64,000 nt of DNA from Eledone cirrhosa (GCA_964016885.1 OZ024757.1:33356001-33420000), one strand, 5' to 3'; counted from the first letter of the stretch, positions 1 through 12,389 are shown. The notes: generated from the sequence alone by a model not told the origin. Program-made: numbers and translations.

Positions 1-15
1 ATACATTTTCCTATA

Positions 16-714
16 TAATAATGATAATAATGAAAATATTGTGTACAGTGCTCAGGTGCACTACAACTCATCAAAAGTGTATGTATAGTACATAGGGTAA
101 TGTACAAACGCCAGGAAAATGAACTGCATGAGTCATGATATACACGTGTGTATGGAAGGAGGACATCAGGTGTAGTTTTGGCGAATTTCTGGAAGCATGA
201 GGGTTTTAAAGGATGCAGTGTCTCGGCAGATAACAACTGACGCAGGCAGTTTGTTCCATGCTTCAGCAACTCTAAGCGTGAAAAAATGTTTACGAAAGTC
301 ATGGGAGCTGTGCTGTTTTCTGACTTTGTAGGCATGGCCACATATGTTAGACACATGGAGATCAAAAAGGTGCTCAGGGTTGTTGTTGGCGAGATGGTTA
401 ATAACTTTGTGGGTGTTTACTAAGTCCATTGCCAGACGTCGGAGCTTCAATGAATCCATGCCCAGGGAAGCAAGGTGTTCAGAGTATGATGGAGGGTATG
501 CGCTTGCTTGCATGTCTCTGAACAGTTTCCAGGAGGTCAATGTTCTGAGCAAGATAGGGGTTCCAGACTGATGATGCGAATTCCAAGTGTGGTTGTACCA
601 TAGCTGTATACAGCTTTAAATAGATGGCTGGAGAGCGGGTAACAAAGGTCTTGCTGAGTGATGCAAAGACACCCTCAGCCTTCTTGACAATTTTAGAGAT
701 GTGCTTTGTCCAAC
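16..714 (-). mobile_element. 5'-truncated CR1/L2-type LINE 3' end (RT C-terminal region, 3' UTR, short TAA-type tail), intronic to the BEN gene
   Basis: ORFs 166..552 and 479..781 give LYTAMVQPHLEFASSVWNPY...GHAYKVRKQHSSHDFRKHFFTLRVAEAWNKLP, typical of the CR1/L2 ORF2 C-terminus. It is frameshifted and belongs to the same family as the array copies. Confidence 0.9.
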
Positions 715-753
715 ATACACATGTACTATTGGTTCTTCTATTTCCACATCTAG

Positions 754-861
754 GGAGCTGCCATGACAAAGTCTTTGCCAATCAATTATATGAAGTTAAA
801 AGCAATTCTTCGAGCTACAAATGAACGACTTGGAGATAAAATGAAGTATCTTTTAAACAAG
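754..861 (+). CDS. Internal coding exon of a BEN-domain protein (GAAMTKSLPINYMKLKAILRATNERLGDKMKYLLNK)
   Basis: Acceptor ttcttctatttccacatctag| and donor AAG|gtcagt. 108 nt open, phase 0, and splices in frame to the next exon. Confidence 0.75.
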
Positions 862-1257
862 GTCAGTCATTTTATAAACACCATCATTATTATCATTATA
901 AGACTGTGCCCCCAATTGTTAACACTTTAAAGTGGCTGGTTTTCTTTCACAAAACGAGACAGCTAGTTTTTGCCATCTTGATATCAAAGGGGTTAATGAA
1001 GAAATTGAAAGATTTACTAAAATTATTCATTATTTTATTGCAATGATAGTAACTTAACATATAGTTCTTAAAATTATGTTGCAAGATTGATTACAATACA
1101 AATACAAACCCTTTAAAATGGGTGGTTTTGTTTCATAGAACCAGAACCAGTTTCTGCCAGTTGGATATCAAGAGTTAAAACATCCAAGAAATCTCAAATG
1201 AGGGACAGTCTCACACAAGGTAGGCTAAAAGTGAAGGTGCATGGCCTAGTTGTTAGG

Positions 1258-1422
1258 GCAGGGTTTCCCAAACTTTTTCAAATGCAGAATCCTTTTTGGT
1301 TCAGAAACTTTTGGAGGAACCCTAAAGTCATACTGTTATATGGTTGTAATATAAATAAAATCCTCTACTTTTTTTCATGGACCCAGACACTTGTTTGTAG
1401 ATCCCACTTGGGGAACAAATGT
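1258..1422. mobile_element. hAT-like MITE remnant
   Basis: Starts cagggtttcccaaact and ends ttgggaacaaatg, resembling Charlie-type termini. Confidence 0.45.
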
Positions 1423-1922
1423 GTTAGGGTATTAGACACACATGATCATACAGTTGTATATTCGATTCCTGGACCAAGTTGCTTGTGTCATTGAAGAAAA
1501 TGCTTTTCGGGATTTTATTAAAATACCTGAGAAATCTCCCATGTGGTTCAATCTTATCAGAGGTCATCAAAATTTGCATAGGTGTGAGCTGTAACAACAA
1601 AAATGTAATAGGACTGGAGGAGACCATATAATTAAAACACCCGAGAAACTTCCTTATACAACTTGTATAAGGTCAGCTAAACCATAAGCATTAAAAGAGG
1701 CAGTTCAAGTAGAGAAGGACTGCTGCTGTTTGATAGACTTTTCACAGTATATAGGATTGTTCAATAAATCACAAAAGTTAACAGCCATACAATATCCCAA
1801 CTAAAAAAAAGACTTGGTCGTGGCATTTTATTATTGTTTTTTCACTTATATATTTATATATAGATAGATAAATATATTTTCTTGTTGATTAAATAAACTT
1901 AGTTCTTTTATGTTTATATAGT

Positions 1923-2045
1923 GAAGGCATGTGGTTTAGTGGTTAGAGAGTTGGATTCACAATCGTGAGGTTGTGAATTCAATTCTCCTACTGTGTGATG
2001 CATTGTGTCCTTGAGCAAGACACTTTATTTTCACGTTGCTCTTTC
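1923..2045 (+). mobile_element. tRNA-derived SINE head with CORE-like segment
   Basis: A-box-like tggtttagtggttag, B-box-like gaattcaattc, then tgtgtccttgagcaagacact. A reverse copy lies at ~11200-11512. Confidence 0.65.
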
Positions 2046-2346
2046 TACTTTCTACCAGGAGTTGCGACTGGTAGATAGTATCAGCAATGGAAAGGCCAAT
2101 GGAGCCATTGTTTCCTTGGTCCAATTTGACAAGGTCCACCCCACTCGGCAAGCAAATGAGGTCTGGAATCTTGTTGGTTGATCAGAGTGAACGATGTTTA
2201 CATAAGTGATGAAGAAGAGGAACAACTGTAATTTCTTATGAAAGATCTGACAGCAATGTAGTAGATACTTCTTTGACAAGCTGATGTTTAACAATGTAAA
2301 ACAGTTGTGTCTTGCTATTTTAAGTTTCTTCTCCATTGGTTTACAG

Positions 2347-2464
2347 TTAGTTGATGCTATGTTCACCCGTGATGAATTGGTGGCTGCCAGTGGGTTAGGC
2401 CTACGGACACAGAAAGATAAACAACACACACCCCTTGACAGGAAAAAATTAAATGCCATCAAAG
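2347..2464 (+). CDS. Coding exon of a BEN-domain protein (LVDAMFTRDELVAASGLGLRTQKDKQHTPLDRKKLNAIK)
   Basis: Acceptor ttggtttacag| and donor AAAG|gtaaat, phase 1. The L..F..EL...S..G......PLD...L.AIK pattern matches the BEN domain core. Confidence 0.85.
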
Positions 2465-2811
2465 GTAAATTATTTTTAAATATTTCTGTTTTCAGAAACA
2501 GTTTTCTTTCTAAAAGAAAGCTATCTACAGACATTGTATATATCTATAGCAGGTTGTGTAATTTTTTTGTAGTGCATGCAGTTCAGGGCTAGATAAAAAG
2601 AGTAAGTAAAAGGAAGCTGAGAGGGGGAGGCTAGAATATAATAAAATACAATAAATGAGCTAAAACTTGTTTAAAACTGTATACATTCTGTGTTTTATTG
2701 TTTGTTTAGATGAAGGTAGAGGTTAGAGTTAAGATTAGTGTTAGTATAGTTACCGGGAACGGTCATGTGGCTACAGTCTCTGGGCCTTGTTGCATTACTT
2801 GAGATACACCA

Positions 2812-3027
2812 AGTGGATTGGCAGTATCGGTAGAGCGTTGGACAACCTCTCGTGGCAGAGAGTTACGGCCCTTTACGTTCTGAGTTCAAATCCTGCCGAG
2901 GTTAGCTTTGCCTTTCATCCTTACAGGGTCGATAAAATAAAGCACCAGTTATGCACTGGGGTCAATTTAATCGACTTTCCCCTTCCTTTCAAATTGCTGG
3001 TCTTGTGCCTATAGTAGAAATCATTAT
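2812..3027 (+). mobile_element. SINE (gagttcaaatcctgccgagg / gcctttcatcc / gtcgataaaataaag family)
   Basis: tRNA-like head and conserved central motif that recur many times in the window. Confidence 0.75.
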
Positions 3028-3689
3028 ATTGTATATATCTGGTCTCTTTCCATCCTCATTGCTGAGGGTTGGGGACCATGGACAATAGCACCAATGTTAA
3101 TCTACATGATCCTGTATGTCCATAATTTTCATTGGGAAAAAAGTGATGTTGTGGGTCCCAAATCCTTGTCCGATCATTACTCGGAAGCTGTTTACTGAGC
3201 TACAGCTCACAAAAATGAAGCTGTTGGCTATTTGAAAGGTTATCCAGATGACTAACAAGTCCCATCTACCCCGGTTTTGAAATTAGAGTGATCCTGCTCC
3301 CAGACAGCCAACCAACCAAGGCTAACCAGTTTTGTCTATCTGTTTTTTCCTCTTTTATGCAGTGAGAGCTATGGCTTTTGTGGTAGGCTTTCATTGCATA
3401 AGGTTCTGTCAAAGATTCTAATCGAACTACAGAGTTGTTTGTATACATATATATATATAAATCTTACATTTCTCTCTCATTACCACCTGATTCTGTTACT
3501 CGGAGATTTACCCATTTGCATTGTTGAGGCTTCCTAAACGACTATTTATATATATTATATATATACACACACACACTGTAAATATGGTATAAATTCTAAT
3601 TTTATTGATTTCATTTTGTTTTAGGCAATAGCATGAATTGTTTATTAATTGAATAAAAAAATTAAAAGAACATTTTTTTTTATTTGCAG

Positions 3690-3844
3690 AGTTTTTGGCG
3701 GAGTTCTCTGATAAGAAGAACATAAAAATGATGGATTCTCGGACTTTTCGGGTAACAGTAGGAAATAAAATCACAAATGCACGCAGGAATTTACGGAATG
3801 AATTTAAGATTGATCAAATTGCCGCCAGTATAAGTTCCTCGTGA
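3690..3844 (+). CDS. Probable terminal coding exon of the BEN-domain protein (EFLAEFSDKKNIKMMDSRTFRVTVGNKITNARRNLRNEFKIDQIAASISSS*)
   Basis: Acceptor ttttttttatttgcag|. Phase matches the previous exon (G+AG=Glu). NKITNARR resembles the BEN DNA-recognition helix. TGA at 3842-3844. Confidence 0.8.
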
Positions 3845-3861
3845 TGATATATATTTATATA

Positions 3862-5120
3862 TGAGGTGGTAAGGTATCAAAAAGTTCCCAGACTAGTTAT
3901 GTTAAAAAAAACTGATATATTTACCTAAGTTTTAACATCATCTTCGAAATAGCCACCCTGCACAGCAATACACTGGTCCTAGCATTCCTGCCACTTTTGG
4001 AATCTGGCCTGGAAGTCGTTTTCTGTTAGTGAGTTGAGGACCTTCTGTGATTTGTTCTGGATCTCAGCAATGGTGTTAAAACGGCGACCAGAGATGGAAG
4101 TTTGCAAGGGGCTAAATCTGACGAATAGGGCAAGTGCAGAACAATGTTGCTTTTGGTGAGAAACTTATGAGTAAAGAGAGCTCAGAGACAGACTACATTG
4201 TCATTGTGAAGAATCCAATTCTTCATGCTCCACAGATCCGGTCGCTTTCGCCAAACGTCCTTCCTCAAAAGCCTCAAAATGTTGCAGTAGAATTCTTGAT
4301 TGATGGTCTGGCCCTGGGGGACAAATCCTCAATGCACAATACCGCGAATGACAAAAAACACCATGAGATTGCTCTTGATTGAGCTGCGGCTCTGTCATGC
4401 CTTCTTTGGTCGTGGAGATGAAGGACTTTTCCTGTGTCGATTGCTGCTTCATCTCAAGGTCGTACCCATAAACCCAACTCTTGTCACCAGAGAGGATCCT
4501 TCACATAAGGATGGGTCATTGGCAGCACACTGATGGAGATCTTGACAGACTTTGATGCAATGTTCTTTCTGTTTAGTGGTTAGCAAGCGGGGGACAAACT
4601 CGGTAGCGATGCGCCACATGTTCAATTCAGATATTAGGATTGTCTGCACGGACCCATTCAACAGACCAACATCAGCAATATCGTTGATTGTCCTCCGACG
4701 ATCCTCATGCATAAACTGATTAATGTTTTCCACATTTCCAGGGGTGACGCTCATGGCAGATCTTTCAGATCGCTCATCATCTTTCAGGGACGTTCTTCTG
4801 TATTTGAAGCGCTTGTGCCACTCAAACATTATGTACGACCCATTGCCTCGTCAACGTAAGCTTGCCGAAGCATGCTCAATGTCTCTGTAATAGACTTCCC
4901 AAGTTGAATGTAAAATTTCACGTTGGCTCTTTGTTCCATCTTCCTGTTCATGACAAAATCACAGGATACAGCATACATGTGATCACAAAAACACAAATTT
5001 CACAACTTGCGAAGTGAATACAGCGACGTCATTTGGCACAGTGGTGCATGATGGTTACTGCTAGTTGATATCTATTGGCGCGCTACAGAACTAGTCCAGA
5101 AACATTTTGATACCACCTTG
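3862..5120 (-). mobile_element. Degenerate mariner (Tc1/mariner) transposon with both TIRs and flanking TA
   Basis: Left TIR gaggtggt(aagg)tatcaaaaagttcccagactagt; right TIR actagtccagaaacattttgataccaccttg. Minus strand encodes FEWHKRFK..RTSLKDDERS, FVPRLLT and HLPYSSDLAPC (WVPREL and YSPDLAP motifs) with frameshifts. Confidence 0.9.
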
Positions 5121-5194
5121 TATATGTATATCATCATCACCATCATTTTATGTCTGCTTTTAAAAAATGATGATGATGATGATATATATATTTA

Positions 5195-5229
<35 letters not shown>

Positions 5230-5577
5230 TTATTATTATTTAAGATAAATAAATTATTGTTTGCCATATTTTTTCATGGTGTCAAATGTTATCAACTTAA
5301 AGAACATACTATGACAACAATAAAAAATTGTTTTAAGGCCATTTTCCTTGCCAAAGTATGGGTTAGCCTTGTGGGCCAACACAGAAGGTCACCAAGCTGT
5401 AAAACATTGCCTCAAAAAGTCTTGTCTAACCCATGCCATCATGGAAAAGTTGACGTAAAAATGATGATGATATGTTTATTTTGTGTGTGGAAACCACAAA
5501 TTTGATGAGCTATTGATACCAGAGTCAGGACAAGTGATACTGATTGTACTTTGAAATGAACAATCATGTGAATAAAC

Positions 5578-6360
5578 ATAATTGTTTCTACTTTAGGCAC
5601 AAGGCCAGCAATTACTCAGTGCGTTACTGGTACTTTATTTTATCGACCACGTAAGGATGAAAGGGAAAGTCGGCGGGATATGAACTTAGATCGTAAAGGG
5701 ACGTAACTATGCTGGAAAGCATGGCGTCCGACTCTCGAGCGATACTGCCAATCCACAAATTACTGTTATTATGCTTCTTAAGGATATGAATAAACATAAT
5801 GATGCTATTTTGTTCAAGGTTAACTTTGCCTTTCATCTTTACAGGGTTAATAAAATAAAGCACCAGTAATGCACTGGGTAATTGCTGGCCTTGTGCCAAA
5901 AGTAGAAACAATTATTATTATGGTGGATTAGCAGTATTGGGAGAGTGTCAGACACCACGCTTTGTGGCATAGTTACAGCCCTTTACGTTCTGAGTTCAAA
6001 TCCTGCTGAGGTTAGCTTAACCTTTCATGCACTGGGGTCGATTTAATCGACTTTCCCCTCCCCCTTCAAAATTACTGGCCTTGTGCCTAAAGTAGAAACA
6101 ATTACTGTTATTATGCTTCTTAAGGATACCGACTATGGTGTAACGCCAAATGCCACATTGCCAACTGGACCCACACACGCACAAATATATATATTTATAT
6201 TTTTTTATTTATTATTAGTACAGTACTAATAATTGTTTCTACTTTTGGCACAAGGCCAGCAATTATCCCAGTGCATTACTGGTGCTTTATTTTATTGACC
6301 CCGTAAAGATGAAAGGCAATGTTAACCTTGGCGGGATTTGAATTCAGACCATAAAGGGCC
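5578..6360. mobile_element. Cluster of about four SINE copies/fragments in alternating orientation
   Basis: Repeated ggccttgtgcc(t/a)aaagtagaaacaatta tail and gcctttcatc core on both strands. Confidence 0.7.
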
Positions 6361-6403
6361 GTATTCACTATTGAATCCAATAGTTGACATTTTGGTATGC
6401 GAC

Positions 6404-6599
6404 TTAACCCTTTAGCATTTAAACCGGCCATATCCAGCCAGAATTCTCTCACTTCTTTCTGTTCAAACCGGCCGTAACCGGCTGCTTATACTGACAGGGT
6501 ATTGTACTCAAAATCTCTAAGATTCAATATTATGTGAGATAAAGCCTTTACTGCGAAAATACAATAGTAAATATAGAATAATGTAAATGTTAAAGGGTT
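6404..6599. mobile_element. piggyBac-like MITE (TTAA-CCCTTTAGCATTTA termini); related copies at ~10640-10720 and ~10850-11080
   Basis: ttaaccctttagcattta ... taaatgttaaagggtt inverted ends. The body recurs at 10.9 kb ending aagggttaa. Confidence 0.6.
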
Positions 6600-6878
6600 C
6601 AGGTCCACCCTGTATACAGGGATAGGGGTGGGGTCAGTGTGACTATGAAGTGAAAACTTTGCCAAACAGGAACCAACAACCTAAGCCAGTGTAATCCAAG
6701 TGGCTCTATAAACTACTTCAACTATAAATGACATAAATTTACCATATGAAATGAAATGTAAAGAAGCTGTCAGTGAATAAATCAACCACATTAAACACAT
6801 TGACTGGATATATGTGTTCCCCCTTCCCTCAAGCAACAGCAACATGTCATTGCCTATTTACACACACAAATATATATA

Positions 6879-7099
6879 TACAGGGTGTCCCCAAAAATGT
6901 CTACACAACAAAATCTTTAAAAGATGCAATAAAATAGTTTCATATGCATAATTCAAATTATGTAAACATTTTTGTGTGTTTACATACAATTGAATTATGT
7001 CTGTAGATCATTTTATTTTTGGGAAAGGCTGTGCATTCTAATAATAAATATTGCCTGTACAGGTAATGAAAGTGTGTATACATTTTTTGAGACACCCTG
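6879..7099. mobile_element. Tc1/mariner-type MITE (TA-CAGGGTGTCCC TIR); relatives at 12893-12996 and ~19500-19670
   Basis: tacagggtgtccccaaaaatgtctacac ... gtgtatacattttttgagacaccctg. Confidence 0.7.
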
Positions 7100-7261
7100 A
7101 CATATGCCATCATCATCTTCATCACTATTCAATGTCTATTTTATATGTGTTCATTCGATGTATTTTGGGCTTGATTTACAATTGGATTGACAATTAAATT
7201 AAATATATAATACTTTCTATGAAAAAAAAAAAATCACTAAACATCTTTACTGCATAATAGC

Positions 7262-7452
7262 ATTGAAAAGTTCATAGGCTGATTATGAAGGAGTGATGCT
7301 AGAGTTGTGAAATCTTGCATGTGTTAATTTCAACTCTTTTTTTTTTAATAACTGCATTGCTTCTTTCCAAGGACTATATTGAAAAATAAACCTCATCTGG
7401 TCATTCCATGAGTATCTTGGTCAGCCTATGAACCTTTCAGCCGACCCTCATA
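7262..7452. mobile_element. Mariner-type MITE remnant
   Basis: tgaaaagttcataggctga ... tcagcctatgaacctttcagccgaccctcata inverted ends. Confidence 0.55.
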
Positions 7453-8619
7453 TATATATATATATATATATGGCTTCTATAGGACTAGAACTGTTTCATT
7501 CAAAGGAAATCATCAGGAAAGTGCTTTCTATATTAAAATTGTTGTATACACTCAACTAAAGTTTTGAGAACCTTACTGTGGTAACCCCCGATTGAACCCA
7601 GGACATACATGCACATACACATGCACATATATACATATATATACACACACATATATATCATTTCTGACAAACTAGCCTGACAACTGTCAAATGAACTGTT
7701 GCTAACTTATGTTCAAGTATCTCTTCTTATGTTCAGTCATTAGCTGTGATATATTATCAGTAAATCTTGTGTACCGTTTGACCAATAATCTATCAGTCAT
7801 AGATTTCTTTCTTCTTCAGCTATTTTAATTAGCCATAAACACACACCAGTTTATATACTCTAAACTATTCTCTAACTTGTCTAGCCATATATTCCTGTCC
7901 TCGTCAGCTATTTTAATTACCCATAAAACACCCCTGATTATATATAATCTCTTGTTCTTGTACTTGCTAAAGCCATAAATTTGTTTCTTCTTAAGCTTGC
8001 TTAATTAACCATTAAACATCCTTGTTTATATATCATAAATTACTCTCTTATTGGATAAATAACATTACAAATATTGGTGGAAATATGAAAGAAAAAGGAT
8101 AAAAACAAAACCAAGCAATGTCCAGAGAGGCAAGCAGTACAGAAGGGTAGATTTGACTATAGGAAAGTAGGAGAAAGGGTTATAAATGCCATAAATAAGA
8201 AAAGGAGGGAAAAAACTTGGATGAAGAGGCCACAGAAGAAAGGGAGGGGGAAGAGTCGACTGTGATAGGCTCTATGTCTAGGGTAGGGCAGTGTTTAGGC
8301 TGCACTCTGCAGACAAAACTGCAAAGGCATATTCAAACAATGTATGAAGCCAAATTTTTGGCTATATATATATGTTAAGTATTTCCGAAGAAAAAGCAAA
8401 GGAAAAAAGAGTGTTCTATGTATAATACAGAGCTATTTAATTAGAAAGTAAACAACACAATATAACTACTCCATTACCAAAGGTTTCAGGACCCTAGACA
8501 ATATTAACATATGTCTAGTTCGCTAATTAAATATATAATATATATAGTAATACAGAAGATCCAACTTCCCACGAGTACAAGCCAAAGCTGAAGCATATAG
8601 ACAGTATGCCCCCGCCCCT

Positions 8620-8832
8620 TCCCACTGTAATGTGGTCATGTAGGTGCCACGGTAAAAAGCACCCAGTACTCATTGTAAATGAGGTTTGTGTTAGGAAGGG
8701 CATCCAACTGTAGAAACCAAGCCAAAACCAGTTCTGTATGAGCAAGACACAGTCACCTGACCTGGCACTCCCCACACAACAGGACAACTCGTCAAACCCA
8801 TGTGAAAGAATGGAAGTAAAACGATGATGATA
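8620..8832 (+). mobile_element. SINE with (GAT)n tail (ggaagggcatcc family); reverse copies at ~13825-14000 and in every array unit
   Basis: gttaggaagggcatccaactgtagaaacc ... gtaaaacgatgatga. Confidence 0.6.
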
Positions 8833-8839
8833 TATATAT

Positions 8840-9018
8840 TAGGTATAAAGAATATGTTTAAATGCAGAAGTGCTTTAAAAATAGCTTATAAAATAGGATG
8901 AAGACCCTTAAAAGATAGAAAAAGAAGTTGTCAATGGGTGTCTTTTAAGAGTCTTCACCCTATTTTATAAGCTATCTTTAGAGCACATCTGTGCTTGACC
9001 ACATTCTTTATACTTATA
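8840..9018. repeat. Imperfect palindrome (~75 bp arms)
   Basis: tagcttataaaataggatgaagacccttaaaagata / tgtcttttaagagtcttcaccctattttataagcta. Confidence 0.7.
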
Positions 9019-9832
9019 TATTTTCTTATTGTTAAACTTTGGGAGGTCATACTACCAATAAAAACACATACCTGTTTGAATACATGATTTCACCTCCAGA
9101 ATCTTGCAAAACAAATACACAACCAGAGTATTCTTGTATTCTTTTACTGGTTTCAGTAACACATTTCTTTCTTTTTCACCGTCTTTAATTAGCCTTTGAA
9201 CGCTGTTTATAAATAAGCTATTCCTTTGTTGGCTTTAGTCATTAGACTGCCATTCTGGGGCACCACTTTGAAGGGATTTGGTCAATTGTATTGACCCCAA
9301 ATAGAGCATGAGCACGATGGTTGAATAACATCCATGAGCTTGTTTGGTCTCGCTTGGGTATCCAGCCAGATCAATTGGAGATGGTTGTTTCTGATAGGAT
9401 CCTCTGAAAGGTGTGCTTGAGGAAAAACCGAATTTAACTGCTACTTGTAGCCAAATTTGAGCAACTTTGTTTCAGGTTTTTGTGAATCCTCTGTATACAG
9501 TGTCCATGTCTTATCTCATGTGAATGTAAATATAGCACCTTGTACACAATTGGTCGTATAATTATGCCCTTAAATCCAAGAGATTGACACCTTACCCTTT
9601 GTTATCAACAGTCCAGCCAGCTCCACCTCTCACACCACTCTTTCTGGAACACTTTCCACTGAAACTCCCTTCCTTTCCCCCATCCTCCTTACTCTGCATT
9701 TGTAATACCGACACCTACTCACCTACCACTGCTGATTAGGTTACCTAGGTAACAGAAGCTTGTCATTTACTTCTAACAAGCAGTTGAAAAATTGCATTAC
9801 AGGTGTGTTTCTAGTGCGAATGTATGTGTATA

Positions 9833-9874
<42 letters not shown>

Positions 9875-10099
9875 AATATTATAAAGTGAAATGACAGGAG
9901 GCCAAATGCGTTGAATTTCCTTAATTATTTATTCCTGCAAACACTGCACATTTCAGTGGCCAGGTTGTGTAAGAACCCGGTGACATCTTCAGGTGTAAAT
10001 TGTGTAATAGATGTATACCAATTGAATGATAGTAACATTTAAGGAAACAAGCAAAGTAAAAACAGAGAAGAAAACACATACATATATATATACAGGATG

Positions 10100-10530
10100 G
10101 CTGTATGACGCCTGTGTATGAAGTGTGATGCTGCATGGTAATGAAACATGGGCAGTGATTGCAGAGGACATGTTTAGGCTGGTGAAAAATGAAGCACACA
10201 TGCTTCATTGGATGTGCAATATGTGAGAGAATGGCAGAGCCAGGATGAACTGAGGGAGAAACTGGGTTTAAGCAAAATCCGAAGTGATGTGTAAGAGAAA
10301 GGACTGCATTGGTGATGACATAGATGATGATCATTGTGTGAAGAAATGGAAGGAAGCTGTAAAAGTGGTAGACCATGGAATACCTAGGGTGAGGGGTGAT
10401 CTCAAATCACTGAGACTCACAGAGGACATGACAAAGGAATGTGAGGAGTGGAGAGATGCTGTGCTGAAAAGGTCCCGTCCAACTCATATGCAAGCGTGGA
10501 AAAACGGCAGAAAAATGATGATGATCATCA
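10100..10530 (+). mobile_element. RTE-clade LINE 3' fragment with (GAT)n tail
   Basis: Degenerate MLHGNETW...; ORF 10284 gives DLKSLRLTEDMTKECEEWRDAV, and the fragment ends atgatgatg. Confidence 0.6.
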
Positions 10531-11199
10531 TCATATCTGTCTCTCTCTCTCTCTATATATATACACACATTATGCATATATATATATATATATGCACATA
10601 TTTATACATACACACACATATATATAGGTGGTCAATCTAGCAGAATTGATATTGTGAAGTAAAGCCTTTACTGCGAAAATACAATAGTAAATATAGAGTT
10701 ATGTAAATGCTAAAGGGTTAATATCATACCAAATTCCATTGACAGTAAAAGACCACATAAAATTCAAAAGGTCCCCAGACAAATTTCTCCAAGAAATCCC
10801 AAATATTTCTGTAGCAACAATAACTCTCCTGGAATGGCCAGGTGGTGCTCTTAACAACTTTAGCATTTAAACCGGCCATATCCTGCCAGAATTCTCTCAC
10901 CTCTTTCTGTTCAAACCAGCCGTAAATGGCTGCTCATACTCATGTTAAGGTATTCTTCTCAAAATAAATACTATCAAAATCTCGTAGATTTGATATTATG
11001 TGAGATAATTATGTGAAATAAAGTGTTTACTGTGAAACTACAATAGTAAATATAGAGTAATGTAAATGCTAAAGGGTTAAGTTAGATGTGGCCTGGGCCA
11101 ATACTGGCCAAAACCTATCAAAATTATATAGTATGTTATATATATAGTAGTAATAATAAATACAAAGACCAAAATCCAGAGAGGACTCGATAAGGGTTG

Positions 11200-11512
11200 T
11201 ATATATACTGAAACTCTGTTGGTTACGACGATGAGTGTTCCAGTTAATATGATCAATGGAACAGCCTGCTTGTGATATTAACGTGCAAGTGGCCAAGTAT
11301 TCCACACACTTGTCCCCTTAACGTAATTCTCAGGGAGATTCAATGTGACAAGGCTGGCCCTTTGAATTACAGGCACAACTCATTTTTGCCAGCTGAGTGG
11401 ACTTGAGCAATGCGAAATAAAGTATCTTGCTCAAGGACAAAATGTGTTGCCAAGAATCGAACTCATGACCTTATGATTGTGAACTGAACACCCTAACCAC
11501 AAAGCCACACGT
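11200..11512 (-). mobile_element. tRNA/CORE-like SINE
   Basis: Reverse complement of the 1923 head (cttgctcaaggaca...aatcgaactc...ccctaaccac). Confidence 0.65.
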
Positions 11513-11736
11513 ATTCAAGCATTGTATATATAAACCCATAGAACAAATATTTTTTATTAGCACAGATTAAAAGTTTAAGCAAACAATTTCTACTTCCAAC
11601 CTAAAGCAGGATATTAAGAAGATCCTGCTTTTGGGTGAAAGTAGAAATTTTTTGCTAAAACTTTAATCTTTCCCTGTTATTTCAAGTGTTAAACTAATAT
11701 ATTTCTTCAATGACTTTGTTATTTGTTTACTTTTTA

Positions 11737-12087
11737 CATTCATTCACACATACATATATATATATATATCGTCCCACCCTTGCGAGCAGGGAAAAGCGGA
11801 CGTAAAATGACAATGATGATAAAATGATGATGATATATATATAGAAAGAGAGAGAGCGATATGTAAAATCCCAACAGAGGTGCCAAGCAATATTGGCTTG
11901 TGTTTCAAGCCAAAACCGCTTGGTACTGTGGTCAGGGTTTAACATATGTCTATACCCACTCTGCATCTCCCCAAGCATTGAGTACTCCCATGATCGCTCT
12001 CTCTCTTTCTATATATATATATATCATCATCATTTTATCATCATTGTCATTTTACGTCCGTTTTTCCCTGCTCGCAAGGGTGGGACG

Positions 12088-12118
<31 letters not shown>

Positions 12119-12127
12119 AATGAATGT
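11737..12127. repeat. Inverted duplication (~125 bp arms of SINE tail plus microsatellite) around a ~130 bp core
   Basis: 11737-11860 is the reverse complement of 11993-12127 (gtcccacccttgcgagcagggaaaagcggacgtaaaatgac...). Confidence 0.85.
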
Positions 12128-12230
12128 CTCCCCGGTATCAGCACCACATACTCTCTCTCTCTGTATATATATATATATTTTTTTTTTTTTCGCTAATTTC
12201 CAAAGCCGAAATACGATTCTCACTAATTTA

Positions 12231-12268
<38 letters not shown>

Positions 12269-12351
12269 AAAGGTAAACAGAAATAACAATACAATCGGTA
12301 CAGTATATGGAAGGAATATATTAGGTTAATGCTTGAAATAGCAGGAAGAGG

Positions 12352-12389
12352 GTCTTAACATTTCGGACGCTAGTCCTTCATCAGAAGAA
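12352..12389 (-). ncRNA. Minimal hammerhead ribozyme motif (Penelope-type)
   Basis: Minus strand reads tctt-CTGATGA-a-ggac(tagc)gtcc-GAAA-tgtt-aaga: stem II hairpin and a short near-palindromic stem III. Confidence 0.55.

Noticed and set aside
1923-1995. tRNA gene
   Set aside because: Degenerate cloverleaf that continues into a SINE body.
2052-2534. 160 aa minus-strand ORF
   Set aside because: It is antisense to the BEN exon plus a probable decayed LINE fragment, with no coherent protein.
7482-7522. Minus-strand CTGATGA...GAAA motif
   Set aside because: Stems I and II pair poorly; at most a decayed Penelope-type remnant.
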